Positions 21,801 through 30,169 of a stretch of 60,901 nucleotides of DNA are shown in pieces (positions within the stretch are counted from its first letter, which is position 1; every line of letters begins with the position of its first letter). The notes beneath the pieces were generated by a model. That model did no database searches, was not told where the DNA came from, and saw nothing but the letters and a program-made list of their open reading frames with translations. Source of the stretch: a virus. Its lineage: Duplodnaviria; Caudoviricetes. The stretch covers positions 1 to 60,901 of IMG/VR virus record IMGVR_UViG_3300017717_000004. One strand, written 5' to 3'. The translations under genes were made by a program, and so were the position numbers.

Positions 21801-24800
21801 AATATTAAACTCTGACAAAACCAATACTGAAAAACAGGTTGCACTCGATAATATACCTAAATTACAAGAGTCATTAAGAAGTATTCTTGCGAGAAACCCT
21901 TCTGAATTAGGTTTTCATTTATTGAACAGTAAAACACAGCAAGAGTATTTTGACAAGGCTATGAATATGATTGTGAACGAGGAAAAAGATAAAGCTGTAC
22001 AAGAGGGTAAGGGGGATGATTTTTCTATTGACCTCAGCTCAACAGACCCTATGGTTATTCAAAGAGCTGCTGAGATGTATAAAAATGAATTAGAGACAGG
22101 TCTTAGAAACAACAGAGAATCCTTTTTACCAGCATCTTCATATAATGTTTTAGACCCAACCAAGTACATGGTTGATGTGACTAGGGAGGAAATGGATAAC
22201 TTCAACATACAAGCAAGTATAGAGTCTTTTAGGTTGAAGCAATATAACGCAAAAACTCTTGACGAAAAAGGTGGGAAAAAGCCAGACAACCAAAGAGAAA
22301 ATTTAGAACAGCCTAAAGTTGAGCTAACAACTGAGGGTATTGAAAGACCTGTTACAAAAGAAGATGTTTTATTGCAGCAAAAAATAGACGAGCAACAAGA
22401 GAAAAAAGACAACCTAAAAGAAGACTCTGGTAAAAAACAAACTCTAGGCGAATATAAAACAGAATCAATAGACGACATTGTAAATATTATTGAATCGTTT
22501 GCTATAAATGAAGACTTCATGGCTTCTTTGCCTGAATACCAGCAAAAACATATTGTTAAGTTTTTTAGTGATATTGAACTAGGAAAAGACCCACAATTAG
22601 GTCATGTTAGGTCTATACTAGACTCTCATAGAATTGCTACAGACATATCTGGTAGGTCAGCAGATAAAATAGAAATATTTCAAGCACTAGGGTTTAAAAA
22701 AGACGAAATTGCAAACCTTACAGTAGAGCAAATGTACGCAAAGCTTAATTCTTTGTCTCAAAAATTTGTTACAGCAGGTTTTAATGTGGGAAGCTTTAAG
22801 ACTGGATTTGGTACAGGAGATATAATTCTAAAAACATTGTTTAGAGATAAATATGTTGGAAGTAAATTTTATGACTTATTTAGAAGGGTTAGTAGAAAAG
22901 TTGACGAAAGCAGACAAACAACAAACTTACAATACAAAGAGGCTTTAAGTTTATATGAAAAATTAGTTATAAAACAAAACTCAGAAACAGGAGGCAATAA
23001 GTCTGTAAACCCAAATGATTTAGAAAACTCCTATACTCTTTACATGTTGGCAGGCGGATTTAGGAAGTCTGGCAAAACAAATGAAAAAGGAGTTGATTTA
23101 GAGTTTAGTAGATTTAAAAGCCTTTTATCACAAGAGTTGAGGTTAAGAAAACAAGAGTTTGATTCATCTTCTGGCACAAATAAAGCAAAGTATAAAAAAG
23201 AATATGAAATGTTTAAAAGGGTTTATGATGCTCTTGGATATGAAACAGCAAATAGCTATAGTGAATTAAATGCATCTGAAGCCGATATAAATTTTATTAA
23301 GCGGGTTTCTCTTCTCCAGCCTGGAGATTTAGCCTTGCGAAGAATAACTGATTTCGGAGGCAAACTAGATAACCAAGACAGAGGAACTAGTGTTCCTTTT
23401 GTAGATGGAAGTTATATTCCGATTCCTTTGTTTAAAGGATTTGATTCATCTGGCTCAAGAACGTCGTCTAAAGACGGTGGAGAAGGTTCAAACATAAATG
23501 ACGCTTCAAACCTAATGTCCATAGAGTTTGTAGAAAACCTTTCAGAAGACCTTAGACTAAACCCAGGTATGTTTGCAAAAAATGTTTTTGACAAAATGAA
23601 TGGGGCTTTAACTGACATAAATGCAAGACAGGATGTTGTTACTTTAAAATACCTAATGGACAATCCTAGATTTCAAGAATTGTTTAGCAGTAAAAAAGAA
23701 TATGATGTTTTAGCAGCTTATTTTAAAGGAAGAGAAAAGATTTTTAATAATATTGTGGCACAAGGCAACAATAATGTAGTTGAAGTATCATCTGGCGCTA
23801 AGTATATAATTCCTAAAGTTATAAGAGCGGCTTACAGCACATGGGCGGCAAGAGCACTCGCAAGGTTAGACCAAAGACCATCTCAGTTTTATAGTGCTAT
23901 TAGTGGTACTGCTCCCTACTTAAAATCTAAGTTTGCTAAAAACCATTTAAATAGTGGAACATTTAAGTTTACAGGAGGTCTTTCTACTTTAACAAACGGG
24001 ACAAAGGCTAGAACTATTGTTGGTAAGTATATGCAAAATAGCATGTTTGGAAGGGGTGATTTATCAAATATATACTCAAAATCAAGAACAGGACTTCGTA
24101 ATGCTATTCAAGCAGAATTCCTACTTGACGAAAATCAACAAATACCAACAAGCTATTACTTAAACTTTTTAAACATAAAAGACAAAGATGGCGCCATAAT
24201 AAAAGAAGTAGGAGCTGTATCTACTTTGAACAACTTTATAGATTATATTTCTAAAGGAAGTGAGCTTTCTCTAGATATATTTTTAGCAAGTGCAGATAGA
24301 GCTGCAGCTAATGTAGCTTTTGAGTCTCATTACATAGACGCAAGAGTGAAGCAAGGGGAAAATCTTGAGAATGTTGACATGACGGCGTGGTGGAAAAAAG
24401 AAAATGAAAACCCAAATACTGATGCAATAAACGAAGCTGATGCTTTAGTTGCTCAAACCATGAGACAAACAGGTAAGTTTTCTGAAGCAGATATATATAA
24501 TAACGGAGAGACAGGTCAAAACATATTAAGAGCATTTATACCTTTTCAAAGGTTTATTACAAACGCAAGAGCAAATTTTGCTAATCAAGTAGCTATATTA
24601 AATGACCCAACCATTCCACCAAGTCAAAAATCAGAAGCTAAATCAGCTATACAAGGAATAATTCAGGAAATTATGACTTTTAAAAGTGTAAAGCTTGGTA
24701 GCGCTTTAGTTACCATGAAGGGCTTTGCTGCTGGTATATTAGGATTTGGTTTGTCTGATGATGATATTAGGAGACGTGGGGGTGTTACTCAACTTATTGG

Positions 24801-25647
24801 GGCGGATATGCTTCCTGTTGAGGATAGGCCTGGCTTATTAGAATCAGGTCCAAATGAATACTCTGATTTATTTGGAGATTTACCTCCAGGACAAAAAGAA
24901 ACACTTGAGGCTGACTTTATATCCAAGATGGCTAGTAGAGAGTATGCTTCTATTGAAGGGTTTTCTTATTACATAGGAGAATATGCTAGAGAGTATGAAA
25001 ACAAATTTAAGGTTGGTAATACTTATAGTGTTTTGTCTGCAGCTATTGGTGATGTATTGTTGACAACAAAACCATTCGCACTTCCAAGTGCTGGAGAAAG
25101 TGCTCTTTTAGTTAAGCTAAATGAAATGATGGGTAATGAATTTTTCAATGACTTTGTAAGTAAAGATATTGAAAACGCAAAAACTAAAGGCGGCAGAAGA
25201 GAGTTGATACTTGAAAACTTTTCAGGAGTGTATGGTATAGGTGAAGAACAATATAATAAGGTTGTAGAGGCTTTAGATTTGTATTTTGAAAATGAAGTAA
25301 ACATCTATACAGGGGAATACGGAAATAGAACACAATATGTAGGAGGTGGAAATAATGAAGCTAGAACAAAACAATTAAGAAGCAGTATAGGGTTTTTAGT
25401 TAGCCTTAGAACTCTTGGAGAAAACTTCTTACCAGGCGTTCCTAAAGGCGATTTAATTAAAATAGGTAACTACCTACAGAGAGCTATAGAGAATGAGTTT
25501 AAGACAACTAAAAAAGACCCACTGATGCCTACAATAGATAGAGGTTCGGATTCTGGATTAATAAATGATGCCTATCAGCTACTTAAAGGTCCAAGACAAA
25601 ATAACGAGGAAGAGATAAAAAAATACTTAAAGCAATTTCAAAGGTAA
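18898..25647 (+). CDS. Very large probable internal virion/ejection protein
   Basis: 2249 aa, last gene of the structural operon; no catalytic motif recognised. Confidence 0.55.
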   Translation: MIVNEQTTTPDINTESSDVTTNTAVVENDSQNQTNPTDPPIVVDKVVNYFKSKLDKAGKKYDEKLLYQYAKRSDLKTFIRKWHVYNGFANQLPSPSEVDSVYNTWIDQNAIEKKNQNQTAQQVLQSQPNVQSTDSDSPSTSTDGSSSSAPNTINLSEEDLNNASNTNTDEINLYDFDSWKKEIEIKGIGGYLSETRYLSTIVNQIPKEVFEMNERDAERELKKLLTPYQYEVSQAVGTSNQLKIKTPDGREQIIELYPNLKKQRLNYINDGGVEDLVDNRFKQFKNFLLGYDDDGNVVGNPNLVQNMADRFSNSNNIIIDIFQETERFVTPELVDLENLAGSLGVSVDTFMKDGLIDSRSVELGIISAKASLQQVYDDAIAQEQNIFNIASQNVRSKFKNVYRASGEAVTTEIKKETASLFESYDPDNNIFAVKQAYKYLDDMLVAIKEKKDIASKFMGSALALSGTYKGFDLNDSVGMMYAVRAGLDLGDMPSDGILINGLPSSANSFQNIVTDPQGLHDIMKGKIKIEVDPNSDAYGVLAPYISGALKLQDRNEAYDSTGGLKGTAGQALANANIAYEWVEDLVQGVGIGVLDIGANTGVLFSDALQMIGFDKTTADSVVFGMYGLPTTPGLISPQEVLMLKESALPLYDKQIKDADSFGEMLALVNQPFSQSIPYFAAFAVNPALGLTVTGTSSYGASKTEFDRLKMAAQDALDRGAELTESQKKILSVGEWEARGIAFSKAAQETIMTRLFTYRYFKSMSGAKNFSGAKNLENARKLAESFEKVAVKSRMDGFKKMFGVDGKALRNEIIEEEIIALNNYTINVMWGLEEYDQKKLNDLMVNTGLISVFSSTAMQKFATFGMNKKIRGVVDSTIKGNIKLDSERQVVENYLKADVDVAVIEQDAEKNGTPLEGNDSYNSALRMRSKYQEELMDIENAKQELVDNMSESDKAAYLELIIRLEESHKILNSDKTNTEKQVALDNIPKLQESLRSILARNPSELGFHLLNSKTQQEYFDKAMNMIVNEEKDKAVQEGKGDDFSIDLSSTDPMVIQRAAEMYKNELETGLRNNRESFLPASSYNVLDPTKYMVDVTREEMDNFNIQASIESFRLKQYNAKTLDEKGGKKPDNQRENLEQPKVELTTEGIERPVTKEDVLLQQKIDEQQEKKDNLKEDSGKKQTLGEYKTESIDDIVNIIESFAINEDFMASLPEYQQKHIVKFFSDIELGKDPQLGHVRSILDSHRIATDISGRSADKIEIFQALGFKKDEIANLTVEQMYAKLNSLSQKFVTAGFNVGSFKTGFGTGDIILKTLFRDKYVGSKFYDLFRRVSRKVDESRQTTNLQYKEALSLYEKLVIKQNSETGGNKSVNPNDLENSYTLYMLAGGFRKSGKTNEKGVDLEFSRFKSLLSQELRLRKQEFDSSSGTNKAKYKKEYEMFKRVYDALGYETANSYSELNASEADINFIKRVSLLQPGDLALRRITDFGGKLDNQDRGTSVPFVDGSYIPIPLFKGFDSSGSRTSSKDGGEGSNINDASNLMSIEFVENLSEDLRLNPGMFAKNVFDKMNGALTDINARQDVVTLKYLMDNPRFQELFSSKKEYDVLAAYFKGREKIFNNIVAQGNNNVVEVSSGAKYIIPKVIRAAYSTWAARALARLDQRPSQFYSAISGTAPYLKSKFAKNHLNSGTFKFTGGLSTLTNGTKARTIVGKYMQNSMFGRGDLSNIYSKSRTGLRNAIQAEFLLDENQQIPTSYYLNFLNIKDKDGAIIKEVGAVSTLNNFIDYISKGSELSLDIFLASADRAAANVAFESHYIDARVKQGENLENVDMTAWWKKENENPNTDAINEADALVAQTMRQTGKFSEADIYNNGETGQNILRAFIPFQRFITNARANFANQVAILNDPTIPPSQKSEAKSAIQGIIQEIMTFKSVKLGSALVTMKGFAAGILGFGLSDDDIRRRGGVTQLIGADMLPVEDRPGLLESGPNEYSDLFGDLPPGQKETLEADFISKMASREYASIEGFSYYIGEYAREYENKFKVGNTYSVLSAAIGDVLLTTKPFALPSAGESALLVKLNEMMGNEFFNDFVSKDIENAKTKGGRRELILENFSGVYGIGEEQYNKVVEALDLYFENEVNIYTGEYGNRTQYVGGGNNEARTKQLRSSIGFLVSLRTLGENFLPGVPKGDLIKIGNYLQRAIENEFKTTKKDPLMPTIDRGSDSGLINDAYQLLKGPRQNNEEEIKKYLKQFQR

Positions 25648-26093
25648 TATTTATCCTTTATTATATTAATAACTTCTTGACAGTCCTTTTGATTTCTTGG
25701 TACAAATAAATCAGTACACCATCCTTTTAGATTTATATACCTTTTAAACAACTTCCAAACCAAAGGAAATCTTTCATTTGGATTGCCTTTGCATTCTATT
25801 ATATATCTTGGGGGTACTTGAGTGTCAACAAAGTCTGGAGTGTATGTTATTGGTAGTATTTTTTTATTTCCCCTATCATGAAGATATTTTTTTGTTGGGG
25901 TTTTTTCGTAAGAAGAATGGTCTGAGAAAAATGAATCAATGATTGTGAACTTTTCAGATTCGTAACCAGCTTTAATTTTATTAGCTTTTAGAAGCAGATA
26001 CATATGAGATTCTAGTTTCGACTGAAACTGTATGCCGTCTATTTTTGTTTTTTTAGAGCGAGTTATTTGTCTTCCTTTTTTATATCTTCTCAT
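25638..26093 (-). CDS. PD-(D/E)XK endonuclease (T7 endonuclease I/DUF1064-like; possible Holliday junction resolvase)
   Basis: FQSKLE...YTPDF...IECKG motifs. Confidence 0.8.
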   Translation of the reverse strand: MRRYKKGRQITRSKKTKIDGIQFQSKLESHMYLLLKANKIKAGYESEKFTIIDSFFSDHSSYEKTPTKKYLHDRGNKKILPITYTPDFVDTQVPPRYIIECKGNPNERFPLVWKLFKRYINLKGWCTDLFVPRNQKDCQEVINIIKDKYYL

Positions 26094-26095
26094 TT

Positions 26096-26542
26096 TTATT
26101 CATCTACATCCTCAAGATACATATAATTATCAATATGCATATCATCTAAGTTTTTTATAGCTTGGATAATGTTTTCTGCATATACAACCGTATCAAGATA
26201 CTTTTTAGTTTTGCCATTATCTAAAGAAACAGGAATATATTTTTTTAAATCATTTATTCCATTCCAATACAAAACCTCATTTAAAGCTTGTTCTATTTTA
26301 CTTTTATTTCTTAAATATTCCACAGCCATTTTGTTTGTTATAAAAAATTCTTTTGAAACAAGATAAACATATTCGTCTTTTACACTTACAACCTCAAGAT
26401 TTCCATTCTCATAAACTGATATATATATAAACGAATCATCTAAATATATCTTCAAATCTATGTTAATTAAAGAGTCTCTTACGAAAATCAACTCTGCTTC
26501 ACTAAGGTCTTTGTTTACGAATATTTTTTTTCTAAAGTCCAT
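26096..26542 (-). CDS. Hypothetical protein (start moved to ATG 26542, MDFRKK)
   Basis: The upstream extension in the ORF track overlaps a terminator. Confidence 0.6.
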   Translation of the reverse strand: MDFRKKIFVNKDLSEAELIFVRDSLINIDLKIYLDDSFIYISVYENGNLEVVSVKDEYVYLVSKEFFITNKMAVEYLRNKSKIEQALNEVLYWNGINDLKKYIPVSLDNGKTKKYLDTVVYAENIIQAIKNLDDMHIDNYMYLEDVDE

Positions 26543-26556
26543 AAACAAATTTAATG

Positions 26557-26592
26557 AAAAAACCCTAAGCAATTTTGGCAGAGCTTAGGGTT
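26557..26592 (-). terminator. Intrinsic terminator on the minus strand
   Basis: AACCCTAAGC/GCTTAGGGTT 10-bp stem with an A tract on the + side. Confidence 0.75.
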
Positions 26593-26671
26593 CTTATGAA
26601 TGAAAACAATGTAACAAAGAATAAAACCAAAGACTTATGGTTAGTTAGGGTGTCAAAAGTAATCTTTGTTC
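26557..26671 (-). ncRNA. Candidate small RNA of about 115 nt
   Basis: Bounded by a TATATTTG promoter motif (26676-26683, minus strand) and a terminator; contains GUUUUCAUUCAU. Confidence 0.45.
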
Positions 26672-26688
26672 ATACCAAATATATGAAA

Positions 26689-26868
26689 TTATTCATAAGG
26701 ACTATCACCCCAGCCGAACTCATAGTTAATAGTTACTAACAGAAAGTGCATCTTTACAGTATTGTAAGGCTCTTCTTCTGTTGCTTCGAATGTTTCAAAG
26801 CCAACTATCATTCCTTGATGAGGCCACCTAAATGTCATAGATAACATGTACCAGTTTTTTTCTTCCAT
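26689..26868 (-). CDS. Hypothetical 59-aa protein (MEEKNWYMLS...)
   Basis: Read by hand; starts 1 nt after the stop of the phosphoesterase gene. Confidence 0.6.
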   Translation of the reverse strand: MEEKNWYMLSMTFRWPHQGMIVGFETFEATEEEPYNTVKMHFLLVTINYEFGWGDSPYE

Positions 26869-26869
26869 T

Positions 26870-27967
26870 TTAAAAAATATGTGTTAATCTAGCTACCTGC
26901 CCAAACTTTGGGTGGTGTAAAAATCCTTCTACAGCTTTAGGGTTATGTTGGTATCCATTTCTATGATGCCAAGAATCTGTCCCACTTGGACTTCTTAGGC
27001 TTTCCACAGTAACCCCTGCGTAATCTTTTGCGTTTTTGTGATGGACATGGTGCGTGTACACATACCTATGCTTACACTTGCTCCAAAATTTATTAGCCTC
27101 GACAGCCATAAGTAGAGGTAGGTCTGGAATTTTAGCCCCATCTCCATGTGTTGTCCCTATAAGGTTTTGCCCATAACTATAATATTTTCTATGCTTGATA
27201 CTTACATCAAACGATACATTCTCACAATTTCTAAACCAAGAGGATATGACATCTGCTAAAAAGAATCCGTTTGTGTAATCGTGATTAGAAGGATTGTATG
27301 TTACATGAACATCTGCCACAGATAGCAGGCTTTCTATTACATCAACATAAAGCTTTTTAGCGTTTAAAAAGTTCTCATACCACATTCCATCGGTGTCTTG
27401 TGGTGTACCACTTGTAGTGGTTCTTCTCGGTGTATCTATATGTAATATGTCGTTCCCGATAATTAATAATATTTTTTCTATATTAAATCCTGATGATTTA
27501 CTAAGTATTCCTTTTATACCTTGTTTAACTCTTTTAACTGCTATTTGTTGATTATAATCTTCTCCTGTCTCAAAGCTTGTAGCCAACTTCCCAATATGAA
27601 CATCTGCTGGGTCTAAAACAAGCAGGTGTGGATTAGTTTGTTTATCTCTTTTGATTGGAGCGTATGATGGAGAGTGTTTATCCATCTCACTAATAATCCT
27701 TTTTGAAATATCATTATATGATATAACATTGGGTCTGACTTTTACAGAATATTCTTTTGTTTTATCCCAATATTCTTTGACCGAAGAAAAATCTATACCC
27801 CTCTGCCTACAATACTCATAAACCCCACTATGCCTTATCTTGTTTAGCTCTAATTGTTGTTCTTGGTCAAGATAAACTCTGAACTTTACTCTTCCTGGTT
27901 GAGGTTTTTTTGGTCTTATGCCAAGTGCCTTGGCTTCATCATCTGATAAATAACATCTCTTCTTCAT
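26870..27967 (-). CDS. Calcineurin-like metallophosphoesterase
   Basis: DVHIG, GNDILH, SNHD, THGD and HHVHH metal-binding motifs. Confidence 0.85.
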   Translation of the reverse strand: MKKRCYLSDDEAKALGIRPKKPQPGRVKFRVYLDQEQQLELNKIRHSGVYEYCRQRGIDFSSVKEYWDKTKEYSVKVRPNVISYNDISKRIISEMDKHSPSYAPIKRDKQTNPHLLVLDPADVHIGKLATSFETGEDYNQQIAVKRVKQGIKGILSKSSGFNIEKILLIIGNDILHIDTPRRTTTSGTPQDTDGMWYENFLNAKKLYVDVIESLLSVADVHVTYNPSNHDYTNGFFLADVISSWFRNCENVSFDVSIKHRKYYSYGQNLIGTTHGDGAKIPDLPLLMAVEANKFWSKCKHRYVYTHHVHHKNAKDYAGVTVESLRSPSGTDSWHHRNGYQHNPKAVEGFLHHPKFGQVARLTHIF

Positions 27968-28134
27968 GGCTCCATTGATTTTTTCATTTGCCGTAGGTCA
28001 TATATCAAGGAGTTTATGGTGTTTTTTCCATCTTCAAACTCTCCGTCAAAAACATGTTCATAAGCGTCGTTTAGTTTGTCGTGCATACGATTAAATGTTT
28101 TTTCAAGATAAGCTTGCCTAGATGATAGTGCCAT
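27964..28134 (-). CDS. Hypothetical 56-aa protein (MALSSRQAYL...)
   Basis: Read by hand; fills the gap and has an ATGA overlap with the next gene. Confidence 0.6.
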   Translation of the reverse strand: MALSSRQAYLEKTFNRMHDKLNDAYEHVFDGEFEDGKNTINSLIYDLRQMKKSMEP

Positions 28135-28136
28135 TT

Positions 28137-28373
28137 TTATTCTTTATCCATATGCCATAAAAGCTTTTCTCCGTCAGATTTATCAATCTGCTTTATTGCT
28201 CTGTAAAGAGCTCTTGATTTCTTTTTGGCTTCGTTTCTTTCGTTTTTACTAGAGTTTGAGCCAAGATTAGTGTAAAGACTGCAATCATATTCAAGTATTG
28301 CGTCTATCTTTTTTTTGTCACTCCAAGTCTTATAGCCAAGGATTTTTTCTGTAAATTTTGTTACATCTTCCAT
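28137..28373 (-). CDS. Hypothetical protein
   Basis: ORF in a tightly packed operon. Confidence 0.65.
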   Translation of the reverse strand: MEDVTKFTEKILGYKTWSDKKKIDAILEYDCSLYTNLGSNSSKNERNEAKKKSRALYRAIKQIDKSDGEKLLWHMDKE

Positions 28374-28374
28374 T

Positions 28375-28920
28375 TCATAAAAATTGTTTTAGGTTTGGTT
28401 TAAAATACTCAGACCCTTTCATCACCTTACCATCATTCCTTCTCAAAACTTTTCCATTTTCAAGCTTACTCATGTTTGATTTATGAACCTCTTCGAACAT
28501 TTCAAAAATAACATCTGACAATCCATGCGCTATCACAAAACCATAAAGCACATACATCATATCGACTATAGCATCTGAAACCTCAACTAAGTCCATGTTA
28601 AAAGAGGCTTTTTTATATTCATTTAATTCTTCCAATAATAAATTGTATCTTAAATCAGATTCTTCTTTTGATATTAAGACAGGGTTTTTTGAAGTCAATA
28701 AAGAAAATGTTTTATTGAATTGCTTTACCATATCTAATTTTTGGTCTTTGACCGAAAGATGCTTTTCAATATAAAGAGTTGCATCCATTAACTCTTCTTG
28801 AAGATGCTGAAGAAAGTTATCAGTTGAGTTTTCATCAAGAGTAGTGTTGTATTTTTCTATACCCCTTATACTCCTGTCTGTGTACTTGTTTTTTACTGAT
28901 TCTACTATTGAGTCAAACAT
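28375..28920 (-). CDS. All-alpha NTP pyrophosphohydrolase (MazG-like) with an extra N-terminal domain
   Basis: EELNEY..EVSDAIVDMMYV..EVHKSNMSK..DGKVMKG; N-terminal KYNTTL..LQHLQEELMDATLY. Confidence 0.8.
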   Translation of the reverse strand: MFDSIVESVKNKYTDRSIRGIEKYNTTLDENSTDNFLQHLQEELMDATLYIEKHLSVKDQKLDMVKQFNKTFSLLTSKNPVLISKEESDLRYNLLLEELNEYKKASFNMDLVEVSDAIVDMMYVLYGFVIAHGLSDVIFEMFEEVHKSNMSKLENGKVLRRNDGKVMKGSEYFKPNLKQFL

Positions 28921-28959
28921 TTCCTAAACTTTATTTTTAGGAAATATACTAATAATATT

Positions 28960-29259
28960 TTAGATAATCAATTTTTCTTTAAAATTTTTCCTAACTTTAA
29001 CTAAGTCTGTATACTTTTTTGTGTTTTCTTTAAGTAAATGAACTAGCTCGTGAATGATTCCTTCATCTGACAAACAATCATCGGTTGGTATGTCTTTTAC
29101 CCAACAAACATATACAGCAAAATGTAATGCTGATACGATGTTTTCTAAGAACTCATCATCTTCCATACTTAAAAAATCATAGTACGTTAATCTTACTTCT
29201 TTTTTATTGAAAGCATATAGCTTATCTCCTATCTTGTATTCTTTTGGCAATTTCTTCAT
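28960..29259 (-). CDS. Hypothetical protein
   Basis: ORF in operon. Confidence 0.55.
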   Translation of the reverse strand: MKKLPKEYKIGDKLYAFNKKEVRLTYYDFLSMEDDEFLENIVSALHFAVYVCWVKDIPTDDCLSDEGIIHELVHLLKENTKKYTDLVKVRKNFKEKLII

Positions 29260-29443
29260 AAATTTCTATTATTTTGTTTTGCATTTGTTTTTGCTCTGTT
29301 TTCCAATTATATGTTTCAGAGCCTTGTTTTTTTCTTCCATTATAATCAACTTCTACCTTCATATGATTTCTATCATACACAACAGGGTAAACCTTTACTC
29401 CGTTTTTAAAGCATATTGACATTTGTTCGTTTATTTCCTTCAA
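29222..29443 (-). CDS. Hypothetical protein
   Basis: ORF coupled to the upstream gene. Confidence 0.55.
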   Translation of the reverse strand: MKEINEQMSICFKNGVKVYPVVYDRNHMKVEVDYNGRKKQGSETYNWKTEQKQMQNKIIEIYEEIAKRIQDRR

Positions 29444-29838
29444 AACTTACATTTCTCATTATCCCATCTTCTTCCCAAATAGTTTAGGAAAGATGTTAAT
29501 TTGTATTTATTTTTTGTTTTACCCCATTGATACCTGTGAAAATATTCTGTAACGTAACAAGCGTCTAATGGTATATTGTCGTTCACATCATAAACATCCT
29601 CATATTCTACTTTTAAGACAACACTTTTTTTGGTTCTCCATGAAGATGATATTCTTTCTAACAACAGTCTCTGTCCAAGAGGTATATCTATTCCTTGTTT
29701 CTTAACCTCTATAAGAATTAATATATCATTATCAAACTCTAAAACAGCATCTATGTCACTAGGATGCATTGCTCCATTCTGAACGCCTGTAAAGTCTATA
29801 GCCCTTACTATTTCTTTACTGTTTCTAATTAAGGTCAT
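29440..29838 (-). CDS. Small PD-(D/E)XK-fold protein
   Basis: PSDIDAVL...LIEVK motif. Confidence 0.55.
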   Translation of the reverse strand: MTLIRNSKEIVRAIDFTGVQNGAMHPSDIDAVLEFDNDILILIEVKKQGIDIPLGQRLLLERISSSWRTKKSVVLKVEYEDVYDVNDNIPLDACYVTEYFHRYQWGKTKNKYKLTSFLNYLGRRWDNEKCKF

Positions 29839-30169
29839 CTATTAATCTTATTTTCACATTAGACCACTTACCTCCTTTAATTTTGTAATCCACTAAAAAA
29901 TCTATTCTTTTAACCCACCTCTTATTCATTCTATCCTCAACAGTCCATTCTCCATCCATATCCCCTGCTCCTTCAACGCAAACCTTAGCGCCGAATACAA
30001 ATCCGTATTCTTCTAGGTCTCTTGATACAGCAATCCACCTATGTGAGCCAGGTGATTGTGAATTTATTGTTTTTAGTGATGCCGTTGTTAAATAATCGGC
30101 GTTACATTGTTTGGGGTCGGCGTGATAAATTGTAGCCGTTACCATAATTCCTAATAAAATTGTTTTCAT
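29825..30169 (-). CDS. 3D-domain (MltA-like) cell-wall protein
   Basis: TATIY..IAVSRDL..FGAKV..VEDRM..RIDFLV pattern. Confidence 0.7.
   Translation of the reverse strand: MKTILLGIMVTATIYHADPKQCNADYLTTASLKTINSQSPGSHRWIAVSRDLEEYGFVFGAKVCVEGAGDMDGEWTVEDRMNKRWVKRIDFLVDYKIKGGKWSNVKIRLIDDLN

Noticed and set aside
1794-25304. Numerous short antisense or nested ORFs in the track
   Set aside because: They are shadows of long, well-supported genes
18898-25647. crAss-like or N4-like virion RNA polymerase
   Set aside because: No DFDID/DxDGD catalytic motif seen; YDDDG near 19770 lacks the expected context
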